A stretch of 63,632 nt of DNA, the filler included, from Perkinsus chesapeaki ATCC PRA-425 (lineage: Eukaryota > Protista > Perkinsozoa): assembly GCA_013115145.1 (NCBI GenBank). It is 7 parts of 7 records of this genome, joined end to end, with 100 filler letters (N's around TTAATTAATTAA, not from the genome) between each part and the next. Parts side by side here need not be neighbours in the genome. Positions count along the whole stretch, not along the records: positions 20,346 to 26,361 come from JAAPAO010001110.1; positions 26,462 to 56,049 come from JAAPAO010000454.1; 5 more parts are not named here. One strand, written 5' to 3'. Below, piece by piece: positions 24,374 to 35,568 of this stretch (positions are counted from its first letter, which is position 1; the number at the start of each line of letters is the position of its first letter). Both the position numbers and the translations under genes were made by a program. The notes under the pieces are model-generated. The model was not told where the DNA came from. It was given only the letters and a program-made list of their open reading frames with translations, and did not search any database.

Positions 24374-26151
24374 TTAGTCGACTTCGAGAACCTTCATAAG
24401 ATTACTTGATCCACTAACCTCCTCCTTCACACCATGCACGGCAACTATCTTATCACCAACAGAACACAGTCCCATCTGTTTGGCATGTTCAAGGGCATTT
24501 CTAATAACATGATCTGTTCCTTGAAATGATGGTACTTGTAATGCTACTATACCACGGTAGAGTTGAAGATGCTTAATTGTAGATTCAGATGCAGATAATG
24601 CCAATATCGGTGGTAATGGACGATACTTAGCCAATAGTTTAGCAGTAGCACCCTAATAATAATAAAAACAACAAAAAGTAAACTCACTATACAAACACAC
24701 ATCAACACCTACCGTCTCAGTTAATGCAACAATAAGTGCTGCATCACATTCAATACAGGTCTTTACAGCGGAGGAGCAGACCGCCTCGGGGATAGGTAAA
24801 GCCTAAATAACAAGCCTACTGCATACCCTCTCTTCACGGGCGAGGGATACTTACACCATCACATTGGTTCATAACAGCTTCTCTAATCCTTTGAAATAAG
24901 GTATCATAATCTAATGATGTCTCTGCCTCCTCACATATACGTCTCATTATAGATACTGCTTGAACAGGGAATGCACCGCCAGCAGATTCACCTACACATG
25001 ATATCATAATAATAATGATAAAATTGCACAAGAACCTACCAGAGAGCATAACAGCATCGGTACCATCAAGGACAGCATTGGCAACATCACTAGCCTCAGC
25101 ACGAGTAGGTCTTGGATTGTTAACCATCGATTCAAGCATTTGAGTGGCGGTAATGACGGGCTTGCCTGTCAAGTTGCAACGGCCAATCATCATCTTTTGG
25201 GCGAGAAAGACCTTCTCAGGAGGGATTTCCATACCAAGATCACCACGAGCAATCATAATACCATCGGAAGCAGCCAGGATATCATCGAAGTGATGCATGC
25301 CAGCCTCATTTTCAATCTTTGATATGATTTTGATATGTCGACCTCTTGGCCCAAGTATCTTCCTCAAACCTCTAACATCATCTCCATCCTGTACAAATGA
25401 TGCTGCAATAAAATTAACTCCTTGTGGAATGCCAAAATTAAGTATATCATTCTTGTCCTTCTCACTAATGCAAGGTAGATCAACTTTAACTCCAGGAAGG
25501 TTCATATTCTTACGTTCACCAATAGAAGCATTATTCATAACACGTGTTTTAACACTGTCCTCGAGGCACTCAATAACCTCCAAACAGACTGTACCATCGG
25601 CCATAAGGATAGTGGAACCAGGTTTAACACTCTGGGGCAGCTTAGGATAGCTACAGGCAATCTTATTAGCATCACCTTTGAATTCATAATCAGTTGTTAA
25701 AATAAGCTCTTGACCGGCCTTTAGCGTCACTTTTCCGCCTTCCTTAAAAAATCCAGTTCTAATTTCCGGTCCTTTGGTATCGAGCAAAATGGCGACATGC
25801 TTTCCAGGACGCTGCTTTAAGGCTTCTCTAATACGTTGGACAGTAGCACCATGGGCTTCAAAATCACCATGAGAGAAATTCAATCTAACAACAAGATAGT
25901 GATAACAAAATTATATATAGTGAATCCTACCTAGCAACATTCATACCCTGATCGATCATTTTAACCAATGTTTCAACATCCCAGCATGATGGCCCCATAG
26001 TGCATATTATCTTAGTCTTTCTAGCAAATGAATCAGCAGCCTTAGCATTCCATTTAGATAATGCAGACATGTCATCAGATAATACTATAGATGCCTGGCC
26101 ATACACACAATGACCTTGAATGTATCGACCGGTGTATCCATGAGTTGACAT
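24374..26151 (-). CDS. PYK: Pyruvate kinase copy C, four introns
   Basis: PK motifs spread over ORFs 25927-26151, 24834-25883 and 24374-24634; GT-AG introns at about 25885-25930, 24992-25039, 24805-24852 and 24653-24710. Confidence 0.95.
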
Positions 26152-26361
26152 TACAATAAAAACAAGTAAATGACGATGGGAAAAACTAATACAGACAACA
26201 CTGACTAAGAGACAACTGCTGGTGCCAATCGCTCTAGCACCACCCGCGCAATGCTAGTAGCGCGCGCCTAGATAATCGATTAATACTCATGTGGAGATAT
26301 TATTGTATATCATTGTCGGCGTGCGCCACTGTCGGCGCATCATATATATAACGGTTGAAAC

Positions 26362-26461
26362 NNNNNNNNNNNNNNNNNNNNNNNNNNNNNNNNNNNNNNN
26401 NNNNNTTAATTAATTAANNNNNNNNNNNNNNNNNNNNNNNNNNNNNNNNNNNNNNNNNNNN
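26362..26461. other. Artificial contig linker
   Basis: N-TTAATTAATTAA-N block. Confidence 0.95.
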
Positions 26462-26697
26462 GGTGAGGGGAATAGGGGATATAGAGAGGAGGAGGAGGGG
26501 TATGGTGAGGGGAGTAGAGGATATAGAGAGGAGGAGGGGTATGGTGAGGGGAGTAGGGGATATAGAGAGGAGGAGGAGGGGTATGGTGAGGGGAGTAGAG
26601 GATATAGAGAGGAGGAGGGGTATGGTGAGGGGAGTAGGGGATATAGAGAGGAGGAGGAGGGGTATGGTGAGGGGAGTAGAGGATATAGAGAGGAGGG
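26462..26697 (+). repeat. Alternating 42/39-bp purine-rich tandem repeat (81-bp higher-order unit)
   Basis: Six units of ggtgaggggagtag(a/g)ggatatagagaggaggag(gag)gggtat; no C on the + strand. Confidence 0.9.
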
Positions 26698-27532
26698 GCG
26701 GAATAGCTACAGCCGTGAGGAGAGCTGGGTGGAGGCGCAGGGCTCGATATACTATGATGATGATCGGAGCCGAGCGATAGAAGGGTTTAAGAGTAGGCAG
26801 AAGAGCAACGAGAGGTCATCCAGTGTCGAGTATAGCGGCCAGGAGTATTATAGTTGTATTGACGGGGCTGGTGAATACAACACTGAAGCCGAGAACTATG
26901 TCGATTCAGGAGGGGGTGGCCTTCATAACGATGAGGATAAAAGTCGGTATGACGATACGAGAGGCACTTCTACTTACCATGGAGGCAGCTACGAAATTGA
27001 AGGGCGTAGGTCGTCATCACACACTGAGGACGAATACGTTGAGCCTGGTGGTCGGGAAGGCCATAGAGAACTCGTGGCGCACCATCATCATTTGAGATAC
27101 AGTAGCTTCGAGCGTGCCGCGCCGTATGAATACGATAGGGACGAGCGAAAATGGTCTCAAAGCCATGAGGAGGGCGGTGGACTCAGACGGTCATTTGACT
27201 CGGGTAGCAGGCACACATTCGTTGAAGAACGGGGTCAACGTAGAGGGCCAAACGCGGAGCCATTAGCTTCAACAGTTAATCGATGGGCGTCATCGAAAAG
27301 TGAAGAGTACTTTGAAGAGTTTGGTGATGCCGCCGATGTATCAGCGAGGGAAACGCCCTACCACTACGGAGATACAGGAAGCTTCAATGTACCACGACAG
27401 AGCATCCCAGTGAAGGATGATAATGCTGATGAGGTGGATGGTGAGTTCGGAGGAGCCATTGTCAATCAATCTATTACGGGGTGGCATTTAAGAGGTGAAC
27501 GGATGCATCTAGTCGATTTTGCCGGTCAATAA
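26462..27532 (+). CDS. Low-complexity charged protein with GEGSRGYREEE(E)GY repeats; 5'-truncated, probably continues through spliced exons to about 29 kb
   Basis: The repeat reads without stops into ORF 26729-27532; further coding-like ORFs at 27647-28294 and 28509-28979. Confidence 0.6.
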   Translation, partial: GEGNRGYREEEEGYGEGSRGYREEEGYGEGSRGYREEEEGYGEGSRGYREEEGYGEGSRGYREEEEGYGEGSRGYREEGRNSYSREESWVEAQGSIYYDDDRSRAIEGFKSRQKSNERSSSVEYSGQEYYSCIDGAGEYNTEAENYVDSGGGGLHNDEDKSRYDDTRGTSTYHGGSYEIEGRRSSSHTEDEYVEPGGREGHRELVAHHHHLRYSSFERAAPYEYDRDERKWSQSHEEGGGLRRSFDSGSRHTFVEERGQRRGPNAEPLASTVNRWASSKSEEYFEEFGDAADVSARETPYHYGDTGSFNVPRQSIPVKDDNADEVDGEFGGAIVNQSITGWHLRGERMHLVDFAGQ

Positions 27533-29064
27533 GGTTGAGTTTCAGATTCGTTCGATCCTCGCAGCCAATCGCCAGCGCTCCGCGAGGCTACCGAGCTCCC
27601 GGAAATCAAACGGCAGGCATCGCCGAGGGCCGATTTCAAGTGAGCTTTGATAATACTTTCAGTTAGCATTGGTGTCGGCAGCAGCAGCAGCTCCTACGAG
27701 ATCTGCAATGAAGTGATACTCACGCGTCGGGAGCAGTCAGATATACGTGAATTTATTGCCAAAGAAATGTCGCGTGAGGAGACCGATGCCAAGCTAAGGC
27801 TCGCTGAGAGCCGGAGACTTCGCGGACTTGTTCTTGAAGCACTCGGGGCCTCAGCGAACAGCACAGCTGAAGGCCAGGAAACAGCGGCAGGAGTTGATGC
27901 ACGGCCTTCCACAAGCCCTCCAGAGGCTAGGTTTACCGCGGAAGAGGGAGGACCTGAAATGGTCGGCGGAGATGCCGAAGATAACGTTGGGCGGCGAACT
28001 AAGGGAGGGGTGCTGGTAGAGCTCGATGCCGATATAGTGGGGTTTGGCACTCCTAAGGCGAATAAGGGTATCCGAGAAGATAGGCAAGACCAGCGCGCCA
28101 TCGACGGCCCACGACGAATCAGGCCGAATTCAGCGGTAATTCGATCGATGATCCTATGGGGATGCCGACAGGGTGGATTCAGGCCACGGTGTCCTCTCCG
28201 TTACGGATGTCCCCTCCGCGACATCCAGGCACGCCCAAGCAGGTCGAACACAAAGATAGTTGGCTGCTGCCACGCGGACTTGGGTGATGAATGAGCATGC
28301 TGCAAATGGCTCGGAACTTATCTTAGGCGGAGGCCGTCCTCAGCGTCTTCAGGCAGCCGTACGCCACTAAGCAGGGATGCGAGCCTAACTCTACGGACTA
28401 CGAATCTTGGGAACAATAGAAAGCTCGTCAGCAACGCTGTTAGCTGGGTGAGCTCTACGGCACCCGACGTGGCCACGACTCTGCTGTCAGACTCTGCTTG
28501 GAGGTGAGGTGAACAAGAAGACCCGTGAGTTGGCGTTGAAGGCCGCTACGAGTTCTTTTAAGAAGCTCATCGTGCTCTTCAAAGACGGGGTGACTGGTCG
28601 ACAGGACTACAGGTCAGCGCGCGCCCTGGCGGTTTCATGGCTGCTCTGGAGTATCTTGCCTCTGGTGTTTCAGAGCCCTTTACGGCTTCGATGTAGAGGA
28701 GCAAGCCTTCAAGCGGTTGCACGCTGTCTCTAACTCGCCATCAATCCTTAAGGAGGAATACGTATCGAAAGCCTTTCGGTGAGTGAAGAGGTCGAAATCC
28801 GAGGCGTGCTCAAAAGATATTTGCACCAGAGGGAATCTAACGGTTTCATCAGATACACTTCAACAACGAGATCGTTCCGAGAGATTCCCGGACATCGCGC
28901 ACTTGATGCCGCAACCGATGCCGTCGCAATTCATCCACATGTTATGAGGAATTTCAGTCGGCCAAAAAGCCACTTATAGCTACCGTTTGCCAAGTGTCAT
29001 ATAAACGTGGCGTTAATGAAGCAGTAGTAGCTATCTGTATTTAGTTAATTTTATTGTAATCAAC

Positions 29065-29976
29065 ATGTACATTCTTGAACTCACTTTGGCATTGGTCCCT
29101 GTTATCATGGTCGCTGGCCAAGACTCTGATTCATGCTCCACCGATGATGTGCTTAATGTCGGGAGAGGACCAACTCTCTTCAACAACCTCAACACCTGCG
29201 TCACCACCACTGGCGGTTTCAACGACGCCGCACTCGAGTGCGTTGCCGCCAGCACTAATATCAGCGAACCTTGTGCAAGCTGCTACTTTGAGCTCTACTC
29301 CTGCGGTGCTAGTACGTGCCAGCAAGCATGTACCGAGCAGTTCTCGGCAGATTGCGTTGGTTGCAGTATGGCTGTGTGCGGTGACCAGCTCCAGGCCTGC
29401 ACAGGAACCCCCGGCGCTGTGTTGCCTCCTCCTTTCACCACCGAAGACATGACGCTTCCTACGCAGGCTCCGAATGGTTCAGAGGTTTACAGAGTTCCTC
29501 GAGGTTTGTATATCCTCCCCAACTCCGAAGAAGTTCAAGTCTCGGTGAACGTTGATAACGTTACGAGTACTCTCGATACAGTTATCAAAATCAACACAGA
29601 TTCGCCGCTGATCCCCCAAATAGACTCACAGTGTGCCGATATGCCGTACACCTTCGACTCTAACGCTTCCGAAATCATATTGAACTTCACCGATGCCCTC
29701 TGCCTCAAGGACGTCTACGATGCTCTTAGAGTTGTTGCTCCTGCTCTACCGACTACTACACTCAGGATGATGTATAACAAGGCCGATAACACTCTTTCCA
29801 TGCCTTTACTGTCAGTATTTGTCCTTCGAAAGGACGGTGATGGTAACGGCTCTTCGCCACCTTCGAACTCATCGACAGCTGTACCTCCGCAGGATGCGGA
29901 GAACCCTAATTTCTCTACGTCTATTGACGTGTCGTGGAAACTACTATCTATTATTATTGTAATCTTTTATTCGTGA
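29065..29976 (+). CDS. Secreted/surface protein: signal peptide, Cys-rich domain, Ser/Pro stalk, hydrophobic C-terminus (GPI-like); intronless
   Basis: MYILELTLALVPVIMVAG; about 12 Cys in the first ~115 aa; C-terminal WKLLSIIIVIFYS. Confidence 0.8.
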   Translation: MYILELTLALVPVIMVAGQDSDSCSTDDVLNVGRGPTLFNNLNTCVTTTGGFNDAALECVAASTNISEPCASCYFELYSCGASTCQQACTEQFSADCVGCSMAVCGDQLQACTGTPGAVLPPPFTTEDMTLPTQAPNGSEVYRVPRGLYILPNSEEVQVSVNVDNVTSTLDTVIKINTDSPLIPQIDSQCADMPYTFDSNASEIILNFTDALCLKDVYDALRVVAPALPTTTLRMMYNKADNTLSMPLLSVFVLRKDGDGNGSSPPSNSSTAVPPQDAENPNFSTSIDVSWKLLSIIIVIFYS

Positions 29977-30129
29977 ATTCAATCTTTGTAAGGCATAATC
30001 GCGGTATTCGCTATATATAAGTAATAAGGTATATCTTGAGCCGTGTATCTTGTGTTTATATAGTAACCCTTCAAACAACTAAGGAACACAACGCTGAGAT
30101 ATGAGACACAAAGCATGCCCAACACGTGC

Positions 30130-33100
30130 CTATTCCTCCCCTATCGCCTCTATTTGTTGGGCCCGTAGCTCCTCGACTCTCCTGAAGGAAGTGTTGCCAA
30201 AAGCTTGGGTATACGTGGCTTACTCGGTGATGTTGTCAGCGGCCCTTTGAAGGCCTTCAACTACTTCAAGGCATTCACCCATCCCAGATGACACCTGACA
30301 GTAAAGCTAGGCAGGTGAGGGGGAAGGAGGGGACACCCCGATGCCGATCGCTTGGACTTTAGAGAGAGCTCGGCCTGCCATATGCTCGATGGACGGCATA
30401 ATGTCCTCAGCGGAGGTTATTAAATGCCGGGAGACTCTGAGGGCCTGAGGGATGAGATGAGACAGATGGGACGATAAGCAAGGGGACCAATCTTCTTCGA
30501 ACGGCGGGGTCATCGGAAAGTCGCAAATCTGCCAGGGCCTGCTCCATATCGAATTCTCCCGAGTCTTGCATGGCATCGGCCGCATCGACGGTGAGCTCAA
30601 GCGGTTCCTCTGCCTTCTCTGGCGATGCGTCCTATGTAATAGTAATAATATGTAATGGTGCAAATATGCGGTCAGCTATCATGGCCTTGGTAACGACCTT
30701 GGAAGGGCTTCTCTTGTCGCCAGACTTGTGGAAGATTTTCATATATAAGCGAGGGGCGTAGAGCTTAAGGCGACGCTTAACCTCGAACTTCGTCATAAAC
30801 CATGACTTCAACTGTGCTAAAGAGCCCTGCCTGATGATGATAGGGAATCGCAGACTGTGGTGATGTTGGTGAGGAACTCACACTTCGTCCTTCTCGTCAT
30901 CTTCATTGTCATCTCGTCCCTCCTCGTGGTTAGCTACCTGATCAGGCATGATGCTCGGGGGCATCGGTATGTACCTCTTGGCTGAGCCCCGCTACGATAA
31001 TAGCAAATAGGAGATTAGCCATCAGGAAGTACATAATGGCCACAAATAGAAGGACTGCGATAGAGCCGACCTACGAAAGGGCAAAGACAGGCGACCATCC
31101 AAGCGATGTTACTGACCACTGGTCCTTCTGCGTAGATGCGACTGAGATCGACATCCTTGAGGAATCCACGGACGAGGAACAGCAGAGCTTGGCCGAAGGT
31201 CGACAACTATGGAAGGCTTCCTAGGCGGCTGGGGGCTTGGATCACCCACTTCACCGATAGATGTGCCAAAGGCCACATTAAACGCCATAACGAATCCAAT
31301 CAAGGTCGTAACGAAGAGGATGAAGAATGCTCCAAACTGCTCATAGGCACCGTGGAGAGACTTCACCAGCAGTTTGATGTAGGGCAGGGATGCCAGGAAT
31401 TTGGTGACCTTGACCGATATCGAAACTGAGGTCGGCTCATATCCCCAAGAGCTAACCAGAGCCTCACTTGCTGCTAGTGCGTACATCTGCTTAGCGAACC
31501 GAACGTCTATGGCGATCTGTTGAAGGTCTGTGTAGACGTTGGCGTCTTGAAGCTCAAGGACTGCGAAATCTAAAGTGGCCGGGGCGTAGGTGTTGATCTC
31601 AACGCCCAAGTTCTGAGGAAAATACGGTATGGAGAGTTGGGGTGGAGAGGTTACTATGCTGGTGAGGGGCTGAGTCGTGTAGGTTATCAGAGCCAAAGGG
31701 GTGGAGGAGTAGATCTTGAGACGGGTGGCAAATGCAGATATTAGAAATACAAGGGTTATCCAGTCTAGGATGTTCCAAGGGTCTCTGAATGAAAAGTAAT
31801 GATGATAATGACAGGAACTTAGATATACTGGACAAGAGAATAGCCACTGATAGAGTGACTAAAACTAAGCAGTGTAGGGGTTATAGTGGCAGGTGATAGG
31901 AGGGAAAGACCACAAAGGTGGAGAGGGCAGCAGCAGCAGCAGGAGCAGCAGGTCGTGAACTACCTGAAGTACTTCCACCTGCTTGTTGCCAGCTCAGAGG
32001 CCTCCTCTGCCACATAATAGAGGATGAACATAACTATGACGATTTCACCTAGGACCAGTAGAAGCAGCATCTTCAGCGTAGCTAATGATAGTAAGAAGCT
32101 AACCAAAGGTAGCGATCCATTCTTGAATGCTGCCCAAACCTTCCGGAGTAAGAAATAGCCTCGGCTGGAGGACAGTTACATCCACATCGGTGGCCACCAG
32201 ACCAGATGCGCTGAACTCTATTGCGACCAACACCTAAGTCACGTTCTATTGCCAATGGCTCAGGCCGCCTCAGACAGATGGCTCACCACAGCAAAGAGGC
32301 CAAGATTGTTATTCCAGATACTGGCCTCAATGAAGACCACTCGAGTCGATAAGTCCACAAATCTGGCGATCTCGAGGAGTTCCGTTCTTCTATCATAGTC
32401 ATCGGCATTTGTCGGGAGTTGAAGTACGTACCCCCCAGGCGGGTACGTGCCATATCTACCTCACATAGGCATCATTTCGCCACATTTAAAAGTCAGTTAC
32501 TTCCCCTTGTGGTCTGGCAGACTCGTACTGGTCCCAGCGCCGTCAGTGCCGATATCTTCATACTCGAACCAAATATATCTGAGCTATTGCTGGCAGCCCA
32601 GCTGTAGCCCTGCTGCTGCCAATCACCTTCCATCAATCTCTTCACGTCGTACCTCCTCATCCGTTTTAAAGTTGTTAGAGGCTCGAGTGACGCTTTCGCC
32701 TGACAGTGCAAGTGCGAGGAGTGTGACTGAAACGAGCCATTACCCCGCCCAAGAGCAAGCACGTCCGCTACTGTGATGGGAAGGCCGTTGCCGTCAAGCA
32801 ACTCGACGCCATAGGGCTCCTTCTGGATGTTCGATCCGGAGAACTCACCAAAGCATGTAATTGTCCAGAGAGAAAACATAGAACCGCCCTGGCAACGATG
32901 CAGAGCTGGCAGAGGCCGCCTACGCACACCTCGCAATTTTGTGACGCCGTGACGCGATGTTGTCTCAGACGCGGAGAGCCAAACATCCAATCATCAACGT
33001 CTATAGGGACCATTGCTGTGCCGCTCGTACTGCCAACAAGATCCTTGGCCATTTGAGAGTCGATAGTCTCCGGGTAGAGAGCCTCTCGAAGCCCTCGTCG

Positions 33101-33761
33101 AATATACTGAATTCAAGGTGTTATAGAACAACGAGACATGGCATACTTTCCAGAATGAAGGTTCATCACGTATCCCTTTTAGAAGGCCGCCGGCCAGGAA
33201 CTTATCGCGAACTAAATAGGAAGGGCCCAGTGCTTAGGAGCAGTACGCGACCATCCGGGTCAACACACTCGAGATCAAAGAATAGCTGTTATGATAATCA
33301 TAATGCAGTGGGCTAGTCGTAGGGCATTTGAGAGGTTGGGAAGTTCCCTTCTGCGTAGTGGGGGAAGCGTTGATGAAATGCAATTAGAGATGACATTTCA
33401 ACAATATGCCCTCAGAATTGAGCCCAGTCCCCGGCGACATAACAGTTTAATCGTTATTCCTCTTACGATGCTGAGTAAGGTTCACCGTGGTTTGATCCAA
33501 ACTGGCCAGGACTGTCACTGTAAATGTTACCATAAAGACCAAGAACATAACTAACAGTATTGCCGCCCTTATCCGCATCCGTGTTGATGCCTCCCGCCTG
33601 AAACCACCACGTTCTAGCAACCCGCCGTTGTTCCATCATGCCTACGCTCGTCGCTTGAGCTCTCGAGCGGCGGCTGCGGCATCCTGCTGCCTTGAAGTCG
33701 CCCGCACAGTTCCCCCACGGAAGGAGCCTCGGGGTCGAGCCGTGCGCCTGTGTGGGTCCAT
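30130..33761 (-). CDS. Polycystin-2 / TRPP-like cation channel, multi-exon; boundaries approximate
   Basis: Inferred S1 helix RAAILLVMFLVFMVTFTVTVL; S4-S5 region KVTKFLASLPYIKLLVKSLHGAYEQFGAFFILFVTTLIGFVMAFNVAFG typical of PKD channels. Confidence 0.7.
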
Positions 33762-34418
33762 AGGAGAAAGGCAACTGGCCTGGAATAGGACGTTGAGGAG
33801 ATGCCAGGTGATGTTCAAAGGGATGTTCACGTCTACATTTATGGTAAATGCCTATCAATTCAGAAGCCCAGGAAATTGAGGGTCAGGAACGAGTCACGCT
33901 AATGTTGGATATGCATTAATAATATCCACTAAATTACCATTATACACCCTACCGCCCCCGCCTCGTCGTCATCGTCCTCGAGCAGCAGCAGCAACCATAT
34001 AAGTTGTCCTATACAGTATTGGTTGAGGCCGTGAAGACTACAATGTATCATGGGTGTTTTACTATGAGGTCGGATTCCCCGGTAATGGTGGCATATTGGA
34101 CTGACTATGACAGATAGATCGCCAGGACTGAATGCATCGGTTGGCTCTCCAATTGGGTCTCTCCAAGGATACTTTAAGATGATTGATGTGTTGAATCCAT
34201 CAAATCTGTACTTCTCGCCGGCAACAAAACTAACGTTGTAAAGAACGACGCTCACCTGAGTCGGTACACTATACGATCGGCTATGATCGACAGGATCGGT
34301 GTTGGGGGAAATTGGGTTGCCCAAATCAACTTCAACTCAGACAAGTCATTCTCATCAGACACAACATCAACATGATAAACAACAGCTGGTAATAACATCA
34401 TAACCCCTACACCTCAAG

Positions 34419-35124
34419 TCATGCCCTGGCTTTGCTTCCAATAAAGACTTTCAATGCCCCCTTCATGGTTTCCTTATTAACCCTATGAAACGGCACAAAC
34501 CAATTCGAGCCCGGTGGATACGGATGCGGTGGATTCTTCAACAGCTCCGCCACTAGAGGTTGACATTTCTTGCGAATCTTCCCTGATTCAGTCCCCTTCG
34601 GTCTTTTACTCATCAAGATCGCCCGAGTCACGTCAGAAAGATGCGCCAAGGGCAGGTAACGAAGCCTCTTCATCTGTTCGGCGTTGTCCTTCCGCCCCTC
34701 GAACTCAACATTCTTAGGGTCGTTCCTTTGTGCACTATCCCCTATAAAAGCGTGGAAGATGCCATTTTCTTTCTCGTAGCTAACAAGAGATATGGCATAT
34801 CTTGAGGTTGAGCTTACAAATCATAGGTTGTGGTGCCATCGATTAGCTTGGTCCGTATAATGTTCCCTTCACGATCAAAGAAGAAGGAGAACTCTGTCGG
34901 CACTCCGTCTGTTTCATCCTCCAGAACGCAGCCCCAAAGGCCATCAATGTGGATCGCCTTCGGAGAGTAATATTTACAAGTACCATGTTAACCAGTCAAC
35001 TTACCGTTACGTTGTCCAACAGCGCTCTAGTCTCGGTCATGGGCGCCCTACCACTGACAGAAGCTTCTATGGGTAGTAGTAGGACAGTGGTGCCGATGAG
35101 AAAGGATGATAACAGTAACAGCAT
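34419..35124 (-). CDS. Hypothetical secreted protein, spliced (3' end may extend toward 33.9 kb)
   Basis: MLLLLSSFLIGTTVLLLPIEA signal-like start; coding-like exons joined by GT-AG introns to ORF 34419-34673. Confidence 0.5.
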
Positions 35125-35568
35125 AACAACTAATTGGCAACCTACTTACGTCTCCTTCATAAGCAGCATTTAGAAAGGAATAGAGTGGTTAATAAGGCCA
35201 GAACCGATAGGCCTTGAATGCTAACTCATTTAAAGCGTCGCCGAAGGAGCGTAGTTTTCCATCTCTCCAGCGTAAGCGGCAGGGCTAGCGAGATTCCGTC
35301 GGGTGTCGACCAAAGATGCGGTGCCGGTAGTACCCACTTATCACACAGACCTTTAAGGACTTAGGAGGGAGGTATTAATATAACAATATCTACTATTCAG
35401 TAAGCGAATAGATTGTGTTATCATGATGATGACAAAGACCTATTCCTGTTTACTTCAACTAGATAAGCGTTTTGCTATGATAACTCTGAAAATAACAATT
35501 AATGGATGATGTCCCATCGTAGAGTGATACTGTAGGGTTCGTTGCCTGGTGGGGCCAGGTCTTTGGAT

